The position numbers and the translations under genes were made by a program. The notes below the pieces were generated by a model. That model was given only the letters and a program-made list of their open reading frames with translations. It made no database searches and was not told the origin of the DNA. Shown here piece after piece: positions 29,904-40,001 of a stretch of 64,000 nt of DNA (its first letter is position 1; the number at the start of each line of letters is the position of its first letter). Source of the DNA: Cenarchaeum sp. GTDB lineage: Archaea; Thermoproteota; Nitrososphaeria; Nitrososphaerales; Nitrosopumilaceae. The stretch spans positions 64,001-128,000 of the forward strand of contig OY843768.1 of the NCBI GenBank assembly GCA_963693095.2, in the 5' to 3' direction.

Positions 29904-32087
29904 ATGGGGAGCACGATAAACCTCAAGGTGCTCGAGGCATACACGCGCGATGTTGGTCGTGGCGTGGCACGCATAGACTATGACTCGATGGACGGCATCA
30001 GCGCCTCGACGGGCGATGTCATCGAGATAAAGGGCAAGCGCCGCACGGTCGCAAAGTGCCTCCCGCTATACCCGTCTGATGAGGGCAAGGGCATAATCCG
30101 CATAGACGGCCTCGGCAGGAACAACTCGGGGATCGCCATAGGCGACACGATCACGGTCAAAAAGATAAACGCGGTTCCGGCCGAAAAGGTCGTAGTCGCC
30201 CCGCTTGAGGCGATCCCGCCCATAGACGAGCGATACCTTGCCGATGCGCTCGAGTCGGTCCCGCTCATAAAGGGAGACAATGTCATGGTTCCCTACTTTG
30301 GCGGGAGACTCACGTTCCAGGTCGTCGGCGTGACGCCAGCCGCTGATGCGATCCTCGTCGCGCAAAAGACGGTCTTTCACATCGCCGAAAAGGGAGAGAC
30401 GCTGCGCGGCGTGCCGCAGGTGACATACGAGGACATTGGCGGACTGACTGATGAGATCAAAAAGGTTCGCGAGATGATAGAGCTCCCGCTGCGCCACCCA
30501 GAGATATTCGAAAAGCTCGGCATAGAGGCGCCAAAGGGAGTTCTCCTGTACGGCCCGCCGGGCACGGGCAAGACGCTGCTCGCAAAGGCCGTTGCCAACG
30601 AGAGCAACGCGCACTTTATCAGCATATCAGGTCCGGAGATAATGAGCAAGTTCTACGGCGAGTCAGAGGCCCGCCTGCGCGAGATCTTCAAGGAGGCGCG
30701 CGAAAAGGCACCGTCGATAATCTTTGTCGACGAGATAGACTCGATAGCGCCAAAGCGCGAAGAGGTGACCGGCGAGGTCGAGCGCAGGGTCGTCTCGCAG
30801 ATGCTCTCGCTAATGGACGGACTGGAGGCTCGCGGCAAGGTCATCGTGATATCTGCCACAAACAGGCCAAATGCGATCGACCCCGCGCTGCGCCGGCCCG
30901 GCAGGTTTGATCGCGAGATCGAGATAAAGGTCCCAAACAAAAAGGGCCGCAAGGACATACTCGCCATACACACGCGCAACATGCCGCTCTCTGATGACGT
31001 GGATCTCGACCGCGTCGCCTCGATAAGCCATGGATATGTCGGGGCTGACCTCGAGTACCTATGCAAAGAGGCGGCGATGAAGTGCCTCCGGCGCCTCCTG
31101 CCCGAGCTCAACCTCGAGGACGAAAAGATCTCCCCCGAGACCCTTGACAAGCTCATCGTCAACAAGGACGACTATGAAAAGGCGTTTGTCGAGGTGACGC
31201 CCTCTGGCATGCGCGAAGTCTTTATCGAGAATCCGGATGTCCAGTGGGAGAGCGTCGGCGGCCTCGCCAGCGTAAAGCGCGAGCTCCAGGAGGCCATAGA
31301 GTGGCCCATGAAGTACCCCACGCTATACAACAACCTCGGCCACAAGATGCCGCGCGGAATACTCCTCCATGGGCCTAGCGGCACGGGCAAGACGCTCCTC
31401 GCCAAGGCCGTGGCGACGCAGAGCGAGGCCAACTTTGTCTCGGTTCGCGGTCCGGAGCTCCTCTCAAAGTGGGTCGGCGAGTCCGAGCGCGGCATCCGCG
31501 AGATATTTCGCCGTGCGCGCCAGGCCTCGCCATGCGTCATATTCTTTGACGAGATAGACTCGATAGCGCCGGCCCGCAGCCAGGGCGGCGAGAGCGCCGT
31601 GACTGAGCGTGTCGTCTCGCAACTGCTGACAGAGCTTGACGGAATGGAGAACATGCACGGAGTCGTAGTCCTTGCGGCAACAAACCGCGTCGACATGATA
31701 GATCCCGCCCTCCTGCGGCCCGGCAGGTTTGACAAGATCATCCACATCGACCTGCCTGACATGGAGAGCCGCAAGAGCATCCTCGAGATCAACATAAAGG
31801 ACATACCTGCAGTCACGGATCCCACAGACAGCGACTATGTCAACCTTGACGAGATTGCAAAGATGACTGACAAGATGAACGGGGCCGACGTCGCGTCGAT
31901 CACAAACACGGCAGTCTCACTCGTCATACACGAGTACCTTGACCGCAACCCCGACGTAAAGGAGGTGGAGGTAAAGTCTACTGAGGCACGCGTGACCATG
32001 GCAAACTTTATCGAGGCGGTGAAAAAGGTCTTTGAGCAAAAGAACCTAAAGATCGAGCCAAAGGCCATGATGCAGTACGTCTCGTAG
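29904..32087 (+). CDS. cdc48: CDC48/VCP AAA+ ATPase
   Basis: N-domain '[10 protein letters not shown]' and two AAA modules ([16 protein letters not shown]; '[11 protein letters not shown]', '[11 protein letters not shown]'). TATA CTATAAAA at about 29872. Confidence 0.96.
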   Translation: MGSTINLKVLEAYTRDVGRGVARIDYDSMDGISASTGDVIEIKGKRRTVAKCLPLYPSDEGKGIIRIDGLGRNNSGIAIGDTITVKKINAVPAEKVVVAPLEAIPPIDERYLADALESVPLIKGDNVMVPYFGGRLTFQVVGVTPAADAILVAQKTVFHIAEKGETLRGVPQVTYEDIGGLTDEIKKVREMIELPLRHPEIFEKLGIEAPKGVLLYGPPGTGKTLLAKAVANESNAHFISISGPEIMSKFYGESEARLREIFKEAREKAPSIIFVDEIDSIAPKREEVTGEVERRVVSQMLSLMDGLEARGKVIVISATNRPNAIDPALRRPGRFDREIEIKVPNKKGRKDILAIHTRNMPLSDDVDLDRVASISHGYVGADLEYLCKEAAMKCLRRLLPELNLEDEKISPETLDKLIVNKDDYEKAFVEVTPSGMREVFIENPDVQWESVGGLASVKRELQEAIEWPMKYPTLYNNLGHKMPRGILLHGPSGTGKTLLAKAVATQSEANFVSVRGPELLSKWVGESERGIREIFRRARQASPCVIFFDEIDSIAPARSQGGESAVTERVVSQLLTELDGMENMHGVVVLAATNRVDMIDPALLRPGRFDKIIHIDLPDMESRKSILEINIKDIPAVTDPTDSDYVNLDEIAKMTDKMNGADVASITNTAVSLVIHEYLDRNPDVKEVEVKSTEARVTMANFIEAVKKVFEQKNLKIEPKAMMQYVS

Positions 32088-32173
32088 GGCCAGCAACACT
32101 GGCGCATGGCGCGCCACACAATTGTGAAATCATCAGGCACAGATGGCTGTGCGCTGGCGGGATGGTCCCTGCG

Positions 32174-32515
32174 CTACCCGCCCTTTAGGAGCATTATCGC
32201 GCGCGCAAGCTCGCCGTCTGACTCGGCGAGTGCCTCGCGCGCCCTCTCGGCGTCGACTCCGGCCTGGTCGCACACTAGCTGCACGTCCTCATCCGAAAAG
32301 ACGGGCACCTCGAGCTCGCGCTCCTCGTATGACTCGGCAGTTATGGTGAATATCGAGCTGTCCTTTGCGACCATCTCGGCGACTTGCGGCTTTGGTATGA
32401 CGATCTCCTTCTTGTCAGTCTTTATGATGACCTCCTGCACGTTGGACATCTCCTTCATGTCGATGCCCATCTTGTCGAACATCCTGCGCGCCTGGCGGTT
32501 GCCGCCCCTCATCAT
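32174..32515 (-). CDS. nac: Nascent polypeptide-associated complex protein
   Basis: 'RRMFDKMGIDMKEM..V.EVII', with a C-terminal UBA-like 'EDVQLVCDQAGVD.ERAREALAES.GELARAIM'. Confidence 0.92.
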   Translation of the reverse strand: MMRGGNRQARRMFDKMGIDMKEMSNVQEVIIKTDKKEIVIPKPQVAEMVAKDSSIFTITAESYEERELEVPVFSDEDVQLVCDQAGVDAERAREALAESDGELARAIMLLKGG

Positions 32516-32988
32516 TGCGCGTCACCTGCCACATCGCGACCTTTTAAACTGTTCCTGACACGCACGGCAACTCCGCGCCCGAGCGTCATTATGAGCTCGT
32601 GCGGAACGACGGCACGGCCCACGGCGATGACGCGCCCGCCGTTGACCACTGCGACGTCAGACGATGCGCGAACGTCCTTGCCGCATCTCGTCACGTGCCT
32701 GCAAAAGACTGACCTGCCCTCGGAGATGAACCCCGCTGCGTCATCGCCGACCTCCACGCACGATCCGGCAAACGCGCGCGACTTTAGGAGCATCTGCGCA
32801 AAGCGCACCGTGAGCGCAATCCCGCCGTCTATGCGCAGCGTGCAGAGGAGCTCGCCGTCATGGAAGACTGACCTGATGCGGCCGTTCTTTCTTGAGCGCT
32901 CGAGCTCGACGCCGCGCGGGAGGTGGCGCGAGACGCCCCTCCCAAAGAGCGCATCTAGCGTGAGCCTGACCTTTAGCTCCCCGTCCAT
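32512..32988 (-). CDS. PUA-domain RNA-binding protein (similar to the archaeosine TGT C-terminal domains)
   Basis: 'SRKNGRIRSVF..G.LLCTLR.DGG', 'GRSVFCRHV', 'IAVGRA', 'RGVAVRVR'. Confidence 0.8.
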   Translation of the reverse strand: MDGELKVRLTLDALFGRGVSRHLPRGVELERSRKNGRIRSVFHDGELLCTLRIDGGIALTVRFAQMLLKSRAFAGSCVEVGDDAAGFISEGRSVFCRHVTRCGKDVRASSDVAVVNGGRVIAVGRAVVPHELIMTLGRGVAVRVRNSLKGRDVAGDAQ

Positions 32989-33108
32989 GGGTGCGCCGGC
33001 GCCGGCGGGTCGCTAAATACCGTTGCGCGCCGCCCGTGCCTAGCGTGGTGCCTGCGCCTTGCGCAGGCGTGGATTCTGCCATAGCTTTTTATAATTGCGC
33101 CTGCGCGT

Positions 33109-33468
33109 GTGCCACAAATGGCAACTGAACAGCTCCAAAAGCTCGTCTCGGTCACCCCAAAGGCGGCCGAGAAGATAAAGGAGTTCATGTCCCAAGAGGC
33201 CGAAAAGCCCCAGTACCTGCGCGTCTACGTGCAGGGCGGCGGCTGCTCTGGACTCTCGTACGGCATGGGCTTTGAAAAGGAGCCAGAGGAGGACGACAAG
33301 GTTCTAGAGGAGGCCGGAGTAAAGCTGCTCGTTGACAGCTATAGCATCGACCACCTCAACGGAGCCAGCGTTGACTATATCGAGAGCCTCATGGGCTCGG
33401 GGTTCAAGATAAACAACCCCAACGTCACAAAGTCGTGCTCCTGCGGCCACTCCTTTAGCACGGAATAG
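33109..33468 (+). CDS. A-type Fe-S cluster carrier (HesB/IscA/ErpA family)
   Basis: 'LRVYVQGGGCSGLSY', 'FKINNPNVTKSCSCGHSF'. Confidence 0.95.
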   Translation: MPQMATEQLQKLVSVTPKAAEKIKEFMSQEAEKPQYLRVYVQGGGCSGLSYGMGFEKEPEEDDKVLEEAGVKLLVDSYSIDHLNGASVDYIESLMGSGFKINNPNVTKSCSCGHSFSTE

Positions 33469-33503
33469 GCCAACGCGCCAAGAACGTGCATTGTTTTAAC
33501 TCC

Positions 33504-36230
33504 CTAGGGGGAGGCCATGCCGGCCGAGATGGCAGCCTCCCAAGGTGCGGCCAGCGCCACACCGTTTCTCCACGCAAACACCTGCGCAAACCGCTCCCCA
33601 CCGCCGTCACCGTCCCACATGATGGATGCGCGAAGCCTGCCGTCGCCCCCGATGGTGTGCTCTTCGGCGATTATGCGCCCTACGATGCCGTCCTTGCTGA
33701 CAACCTGCACGACAAGCTCAAACTCCGTTCCGGCAGCGCCGGTGAGGCCGACTGCGATGCGCTCGGTTCCTTGCGCATTCCCGAGGATCTCGACTCCAGA
33801 GATGGCAAGTGGCATGGTGCGGCCTGCCACGCGCGGCGACTCGTCACCGGCCACGTCAGCCGTGCCGCGGCTGTCAGCATAGTCCGCATACGTTATGCCG
33901 ATCTTTGCCCTCGCCGTGCTCACCGGACGCGCCGACTCGCCGTCGCACCACTCTTGTGGCACGCGCAGCTGGCCGACAAAGACGCCAGTCGCCGTGCCAG
34001 TCTCAAGAAGCGAGAGGCTCGGGCCTGGCGCGGGGCAGCCGGGCCTGTCTGTCCACTGGATGCCGTTTAGCGTGAGGACGAGGAGGCCGCCGCCTACCGG
34101 TCCCACGCGGTATGACTCGGCAGTGTCCTGATTCGTGTTTAGGTCAGCATCGCGCAGCGTCACAGTCACCGTGTCTGACGTGCCATACTCGTCACGATCA
34201 AAGGAGACCGAGCCGGTGTGCGAGGCCGTGCTTGCCATTCCCGAGACGATCCTCCTCGAGCCGTCAGCGGCACGGTCATCATATGTCATCGTGATGTCCT
34301 CGCCTCCGTCGACTGCGATCATTGATGCGCGCTCGCCTATTGTCGCAAGGTCAGCATACGTTGCCGCATCAGCTATGCTGAGCTGGTTTGCGAGTGTGTA
34401 CTCTAGCGTGCCAGCAAACGTTCCGGTGTCAGTGCCCGTCTCCTCGAGCTCCAGCCTGACGACCTGGTTGGCCACCCTCTGCCCGTCGGCGATTCCAAAG
34501 GAGAAAATGTCAGCCACCATGGCGATCGTGCCCCCCGGACCCACGGGCCGGCCCAGGTCAAACTCGAGGCCAAGACCCGTGCCGGCAAGCATCGCCTCTA
34601 CTGCGGCGTGCGGGATCTCGACGAGGCCGCGCGCCGGTCCAGAGGCCACGGCCACCCTCTGCGCGCCGGCCACGGCGTAAATGTCGACGGCCGTCGCGCC
34701 AGTCGAGCGGACGTCATAGTTGAGCAGGTTCGTCACCGTCCGTGCCGCATGGACGGGCACGCGCGCCTGCCCATAGTCGACTGCCAGGCTCGCAATGGGG
34801 CCTGCTGGCGTGACTAGTGCCCTTGCCCCATGCGCGTCAGTCTCGTGCGCAAGCTCCACAGGCTGCCCGCCGGCGTCCTGCGCGCTGATGGCCACGGCGT
34901 CGATGAGCGTGAGCGGCTCGCCAGTCACGATGGTCGGTATCGCCGCGCCCGCATCGGCGACGTCGAGGGTCTCGCGCTGCCGGCTGTTCTGGTTTGCGTC
35001 CGTGTCGCTGAGCGTCACATCAGCGCGCGTCCCTGACTGCCATGCGCCGCCTGCGCCAAGGTCGAGTGAGGCGTCCCCGTGGCCGATCAGTATGCTGCGC
35101 GCCGACCCGTACGAGACTGTCATCGCGACGCCGCGTGAGGCATCACGCGACACCTTTAGCGATGATGCGTTGGCCGAGTCGTATGACGCAAAGATTCCAG
35201 TGTTAGGACCGGTCTCGACTAGCGTGATGATGCCGCCAGAACTGCCGCTTCCGTCAAGCGAGCTCTTGCCGTTTCTGTTGGATACTGTTTCCAGTGCGCC
35301 GCCGCCCATGTCTATGCTCAACGAGCACGTCTCGTCGCAGCCGAGCGCACCAAACGAACCTGACACATCAGAAACGTTTCCCGTCGGCTCACCGCGCGAG
35401 TCAAACGCGCGGTATATTGCGCGCCCAATGCTGTCACCTTCGAGATCCCACGTCCACGAGTCCTCATCAGTGGGATCGACGTTGAGCCACGCGTCTGACA
35501 ACTCAATGTGGACATCGGCTCCCGGCGGATACACGCTGCGGTCAAGCGCAAGTGCTGCCACATCGCGCGTTGTCCCATACTCGAGGCGAACACTGTCATC
35601 CTCGTGTTTGACCTCGACGTTCCTTCCGAGGTCATAGAGCTGTATAAACGGCCACACACCTGAAGCTGAAGCGCGCGCATCATCGGCGCGCACACTCTGC
35701 CCTATGCCGAATGCCAAGTTTGCCGGCCGATCGTTGCGCAGGACCGACATTGCGCGCACGCCGTCCCCGTATCCCTCCGCGCATCCGCCGCCGAGTGGAA
35801 ACGCGACACCGTCAGTGTCGGCAAAATAGTCCTGGTCCGCACCGGTGAGCTGCGCGAGCAGCGTGTTTGCCTCCGAGTCGCCCCCGCAAATGGTGCCAAA
35901 GTCCAGGCCGGCGCCGTCTGAGCCCACAGTGGCCTCTGCGGCCCGTGCGGCCCGCGCGTCGGCAAAATATGCGTGCCACCTCGAATCGGCCCCCTGGACC
36001 ATCCTGAGCTCCATGGAGCCAACCGTCACGGTCGGCTCACCGGCCGGCTCGGCAGTCTCGGCCCCATCATCGACGGTGACGCGGATCACCTGCGCGCCGG
36101 CGACTATGCCTCCGGGCGCCCCGTCGGCTGACACCCAGAGCTCGGCTCCGGCGGTTCCTGTGAGCGTCGAGGCGACGGCTAGGGCTAGGATGGCCACAGT
36201 CTCCATCGCATTGTGGGCTCGCATGGCCAT
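33504..36230 (-). CDS. S-layer protein paralog (thaumarchaeal SlaA-like), secreted
   Basis: Signal peptide; N-terminal 'LWVSA...QVIRVTV...GEPTVTV..LRMVQG.D..WHAYFAD...GLDFG.IC'; repeated 'L.ETG..TG.F' and 'D.D.N' motifs; C-terminal 'VQV...GIV...I.W...AQVFAW'. Confidence 0.75.
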   Translation of the reverse strand: MAMRAHNAMETVAILALAVASTLTGTAGAELWVSADGAPGGIVAGAQVIRVTVDDGAETAEPAGEPTVTVGSMELRMVQGADSRWHAYFADARAARAAEATVGSDGAGLDFGTICGGDSEANTLLAQLTGADQDYFADTDGVAFPLGGGCAEGYGDGVRAMSVLRNDRPANLAFGIGQSVRADDARASASGVWPFIQLYDLGRNVEVKHEDDSVRLEYGTTRDVAALALDRSVYPPGADVHIELSDAWLNVDPTDEDSWTWDLEGDSIGRAIYRAFDSRGEPTGNVSDVSGSFGALGCDETCSLSIDMGGGALETVSNRNGKSSLDGSGSSGGIITLVETGPNTGIFASYDSANASSLKVSRDASRGVAMTVSYGSARSILIGHGDASLDLGAGGAWQSGTRADVTLSDTDANQNSRQRETLDVADAGAAIPTIVTGEPLTLIDAVAISAQDAGGQPVELAHETDAHGARALVTPAGPIASLAVDYGQARVPVHAARTVTNLLNYDVRSTGATAVDIYAVAGAQRVAVASGPARGLVEIPHAAVEAMLAGTGLGLEFDLGRPVGPGGTIAMVADIFSFGIADGQRVANQVVRLELEETGTDTGTFAGTLEYTLANQLSIADAATYADLATIGERASMIAVDGGEDITMTYDDRAADGSRRIVSGMASTASHTGSVSFDRDEYGTSDTVTVTLRDADLNTNQDTAESYRVGPVGGGLLVLTLNGIQWTDRPGCPAPGPSLSLLETGTATGVFVGQLRVPQEWCDGESARPVSTARAKIGITYADYADSRGTADVAGDESPRVAGRTMPLAISGVEILGNAQGTERIAVGLTGAAGTEFELVVQVVSKDGIVGRIIAEEHTIGGDGRLRASIMWDGDGGGERFAQVFAWRNGVALAAPWEAAISAGMASP

Positions 36231-36360
36231 ATTTAACGCTGGGGAGCCACGTGCGGCACCCCACGCCTGAAATGGGCCTCCAAATGGACCAATCCTCCAT
36301 TAAGGTCATATATGGGTAGGTGGACGGGGTGGTGTTGAATCTTCAGGAGTTGAGCTCACA

Positions 36361-37665
36361 TTGCCTTCATCAGGCATCATCAAGTATCATGTCAGGCTAT
36401 CGTATGATGTGGACGGCCTAGTTGGCAGAACCGACATAATCGGTGCCATCTTTGGGCAGACCGAAGGTCTGCTCGGGCCGGATATGAACCTCAACGAGCT
36501 CCAAAAAATATCCAAGATCGGACGCATAGACGTCACCACAAAGACGACTGCGCACGCCACGACAGGCGAGGTCCTCATACCCATGAGCACGGATATCGAC
36601 ACATGCTCGCTAGTCGCCGCCTCCCTTGAGAGCATCGACAAGGTGGGCGCCTTTGACAGCAAGTTCAAGATGCTCTCGATCGACGACATCCGCGCGGCCA
36701 AAAAGGACGACATTGTAAAGCGCGCCAAGGAGATAAAGCGCAAGTTTGCCATAAAGGCCGTGAGCGACGGTGACACGATGCGCCGTGACGTTCACGAGGG
36801 CACGCCGTCAAACTCGCGTGTCTCCTCGTACGGGCCCTCAAAGCTGCCGTGCGGCTCTGGCATGCTCGACTCGCCATGGATAATACTCGTCGAGGGCAGG
36901 GCAGACATCGTCAACCTGATCCGCGCCGGATACGACAACACGCTTGCCATTGACGGCGCGCGCGTTGACGAGTCGATAAAGGTCGCTTGCAGATCAAAGA
37001 AAAAGATCGTCGCGTTTCTTGACGGTGACCGCACCGGCGGCGCGCTAATGCGCGAGCTAAAGATGATGGTTCCCGTTGACGTCGAGCTGCGCGCAGATGA
37101 CGGTGTCGAAGTTGAGGAGCTCACGCCACAGCGCGTCGCCGAGCTGCTCGATCCCGCAGTCGCCGAGATCAAGGAGCAGTTTGCCGGCCAGGAGCTCCCG
37201 CGCCATGACGGCGGAAGAAACGGGCGCAACAGGGGACGTGACCGTGACAGGGGACGCGACAGGGATCGTGACAGGGGAAGAGACAGGGGACGCGGACGCG
37301 AGGATCGCCGCGATCGCGACGTCGAGATCCCCGAGCCAAAGCCTGCAGAGCCAAAGGAGGAGGATCGCCCGCTAATCACGCTAATCACGCCGGTCTACCA
37401 GAGGCTAAAGGACACACTAGAGGCCACCGCGCTCGACTCTGAAGGCAGCGAGGCGTTTCGCGTTCCGGTCAGCGAGCTAGTCTCAAAGCTAAAGGAGCAG
37501 GGCGGCGGCGTGCAGTGCATCGTCATGGACGGGATCATAACTGGTCGCCTCCTAGAGGCCGCCAAGGGAATCGGCGTCGAGACGATCGTGGGCAACCGCG
37601 CAGCGCACATCGAGGATGACATGGGCGTGCGCCTCAGGTCGTTCTCGGAGCTAGGCGTCTTCTAG
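36361..37665 (+). CDS. dnaG: Archaeal DnaG (TOPRIM; exosome-associated)
   Basis: 'DIIGAIFGQTEGLLG', 'IILVEGRADIVNL', 'AFLDGDRTG', 'EVEEL'. Confidence 0.93.
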   Translation: MPSSGIIKYHVRLSYDVDGLVGRTDIIGAIFGQTEGLLGPDMNLNELQKISKIGRIDVTTKTTAHATTGEVLIPMSTDIDTCSLVAASLESIDKVGAFDSKFKMLSIDDIRAAKKDDIVKRAKEIKRKFAIKAVSDGDTMRRDVHEGTPSNSRVSSYGPSKLPCGSGMLDSPWIILVEGRADIVNLIRAGYDNTLAIDGARVDESIKVACRSKKKIVAFLDGDRTGGALMRELKMMVPVDVELRADDGVEVEELTPQRVAELLDPAVAEIKEQFAGQELPRHDGGRNGRNRGRDRDRGRDRDRDRGRDRGRGREDRRDRDVEIPEPKPAEPKEEDRPLITLITPVYQRLKDTLEATALDSEGSEAFRVPVSELVSKLKEQGGGVQCIVMDGIITGRLLEAAKGIGVETIVGNRAAHIEDDMGVRLRSFSELGVF

Positions 37666-38346
37666 TTGGCATCGCGCACGCTAGAGGCGCGCCACGTGCC
37701 CACACTCGCATACCTCCTCTCGCGCGGCGCTCGCGCGGGGTATGTGCGGATCACGACGTCTGAGCTCGGCAGGAGCATATCGCGCTCGCAGCAGGCCGCC
37801 TCTGACCACCTCCGCGAGCTCGAGCGCGACGGCCTCGTGAGGCGGACGGTCCAGGGAAGGTCGCTCTCGGTCCTAGTCACGCCGGAGGGCTACTCGAGGG
37901 TCCTGCACCTCTACGAGTCGCTGCGCTCGTCGATCGAGTCGGCTCCCTCGTCGATGAACCTTGCCGGAAGGGTCGTCTCGGGCTCTGGCGAGGGCCGCTA
38001 CTATATGGCCCTGCGCGGGTACACGAGGCAGTTTCGCGCAAGGGTCGGCTATGTCCCGTTTCCCGGCACGCTCAACGTGCGCCTTGATGCGGCGTCTGCA
38101 TCAGAGGCCGAGCGCCTTGACTCGGCGCGCGGAACGATGATCGAGGGGTTCTCTGATGGCGCGCGCACGTACGGATGGGTTCGCTGCCACGCCGCAACGA
38201 TAAACGGCCGCGTGCCGTGCGAGCTCATCCGCCTCGAGCGCACGCACCACGAGCGCTCGATAGTCGAGCTCGTTGCCGCAACAAGCCTGCGCCGGCGGCT
38301 GCGCGTTACAGACGGCTCGCGCGTCACCGTCTCGGTATTTCCGTGA
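37666..38346 (+). CDS. ribK: CTP-dependent riboflavin kinase with N-terminal HTH (RbkR-type)
   Basis: HTH 'TSELGRSISRSQQAASDHLRELE', 'GRVVSGSGEGRYY', 'PFPGTLNV', 'ERTHH..SIVEL'. Confidence 0.92.
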   Translation: MASRTLEARHVPTLAYLLSRGARAGYVRITTSELGRSISRSQQAASDHLRELERDGLVRRTVQGRSLSVLVTPEGYSRVLHLYESLRSSIESAPSSMNLAGRVVSGSGEGRYYMALRGYTRQFRARVGYVPFPGTLNVRLDAASASEAERLDSARGTMIEGFSDGARTYGWVRCHAATINGRVPCELIRLERTHHERSIVELVAATSLRRRLRVTDGSRVTVSVFP

Positions 38347-38928
38347 CTATATGCCGTGTATCGTCTTGCCGTACGCCTTTTCTATCTCGCCACTCGACAT
38401 CTCGGGGTCAGTCGCGTCTAGCCTGACGACTTCTGCGCCAATGCCGACGCGCGAGCATCCGGCCACGACATAGTCGACCTGGTGGGCCTGGTCGTAGCCA
38501 AGCGCGATGGTGTCCGGCGATATCTTTTTGACGGTGTTGAACATGTCGAGCTCATCGCCTATGACGCACGTGTCGACCATCTCGAGTGACCTGACGAGAT
38601 CCTGCCGCTGGACCTGCGTGTGGAGCGGCGTGCGCCGCTTCATCTTTACTGCCGTGGCGTCAGTGGCGACAACGACGATGAGCACGTCGCCTAGCGCGCG
38701 CGCCTGCCTAAGCGTGTGTATGTGCCCAGGGTGTATTATGTCAAACACGCCGCCAGAGAGGACCACGCGAATGGTCCTTCTCCCGCGCGCCGTGAGTGCC
38801 GTGCGCGAACTGTCGACTAGCCCGTCCACGACTAGCCGGCCGATTGCGCCCACGCTCGCGCGCGGCTCCTCGCCTAGCAGGCCTCCAACGTACACGGCGC
38901 ACAGCGCCTCTATCCTCGGGGATCTCAA
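38347..38928 (-). CDS. ribL: FAD synthase (cytidylyltransferase family)
   Basis: 'GGVFDIIHPGHIHTL..A..LGD.LIVVVATD', 'PD.IALGYDQ'. Adjacent to ribK. Confidence 0.82.
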   Translation of the reverse strand: MRSPRIEALCAVYVGGLLGEEPRASVGAIGRLVVDGLVDSSRTALTARGRRTIRVVLSGGVFDIIHPGHIHTLRQARALGDVLIVVVATDATAVKMKRRTPLHTQVQRQDLVRSLEMVDTCVIGDELDMFNTVKKISPDTIALGYDQAHQVDYVVAGCSRVGIGAEVVRLDATDPEMSSGEIEKAYGKTIHGI

Positions 38929-40001
38929 TGCGCGCCACCCTCGCTGCCCTCCTTTATGCGCTCCCCCGCGTCACGCTCTAGGCCTGCGGCGACTCGCAGC
39001 GAGTCGACAAGGCCGTCGGCATAGCCGATGCTGAGTATGGCAAGCTCGTCCCTGTCGCACCTCAGGAACTCCTCGGCGTCAGCAACATAGTCCTGTGCGC
39101 AGTCTAGCACGCGCGCGACGCCCTCGCCGCCCCCGCGCAGGCGCGCCTCGCCTATGGCCTCGCCGACCATGGGGACATACTTTGCTATCATGCGGTGTGA
39201 CTCTTTTCTTGACGAGTCGGCGTTTGCGCGCGGCTCTCCGATGCAGCGTGTCAGGACGCGCAGCGCGTCGGCCTCTGTAAAGTGGAGCGAGCCGGGCACG
39301 ATGATGCTGTGCGGCGCCTCGCCAAACTCCTCGCCAAGGAGGCTCCCGACGTCCCCGCCCACCATCGCACAGTCATCACGGCCAACCCTTGAGGCTATGA
39401 CCGCAAACGTCTTGCGCGTGAGCGCAAGCTGGCGCCTCTCCTCCTCTATTGCGAGGAGTGACTCTAGCGCGCTGCGCGGGTCCAGGAACATGCCGGCGTC
39501 CTCGTCGTACTCGAGGAGGAGGACGGTGTGGCACCCGCGATCGAGGTTCTCCTGGATTATCGCGTATGGAGTGCTCGCCTCAGCACGCGTGACTGTCGTC
39601 GTTCGCCCGACCTTGTACTGGTGCAGGCCGCACTCGCCGACCATGCTAGTCAGCGCAGACGCCGCATGGACACTGCGCGTCGTCGTGCCGGCTGCCGCTG
39701 CGCGCGCACGCAGCTCAATGTGCGTCGTTGCGACATACGGATCCCCGTAGCAGACTAGGGCGACATCGCCGCTAGCGGCCGCACGCAGTATCTCGCCGCC
39801 GTCCTCAACGACCCACCTCGGCACGGTCCTAAATGTGGCGCCGCCGCCCTCTGCTATGCGCCTGAGCTCCCCGACCTCTGCGTCTGAGACGGGGCTCGTA
39901 AAGCGCTCCATGTAGACTGCGCCTGATGAGGCGATCGCCGCGCGCGCACCTTCGCCCATGGCTCGCGCGCCGCCGACTCCGATGCCGACAAAGCTCAGCA
40001 C
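38925..40001 (-). CDS. dph5: Diphthine synthase with C-terminal DUF357-like domain
   Basis: 'LSFVGIG', 'ERFTSP', 'GDPYVATTH.ELR', 'CGLHQYKVG', 'PHSIIVPG.LHFTE'; tail 'Y..DA..F.....ELAILSIGYADGLVD'. GTG start at 40001. Confidence 0.9.
   Translation of the reverse strand: MLSFVGIGVGGARAMGEGARAAIASSGAVYMERFTSPVSDAEVGELRRIAEGGGATFRTVPRWVVEDGGEILRAAASGDVALVCYGDPYVATTHIELRARAAAAGTTTRSVHAASALTSMVGECGLHQYKVGRTTTVTRAEASTPYAIIQENLDRGCHTVLLLEYDEDAGMFLDPRSALESLLAIEEERRQLALTRKTFAVIASRVGRDDCAMVGGDVGSLLGEEFGEAPHSIIVPGSLHFTEADALRVLTRCIGEPRANADSSRKESHRMIAKYVPMVGEAIGEARLRGGGEGVARVLDCAQDYVADAEEFLRCDRDELAILSIGYADGLVDSLRVAAGLERDAGERIKEGSEGGAH

Noticed and set aside
36231-36360. Possible tRNA or ncRNA in intergenic gaps (also 28074-28330 and 49180-49500)
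   Set aside because: No cloverleaf, T-loop GTTCRA or other recognisable RNA motif was seen; these are consistent with divergent promoter regions.
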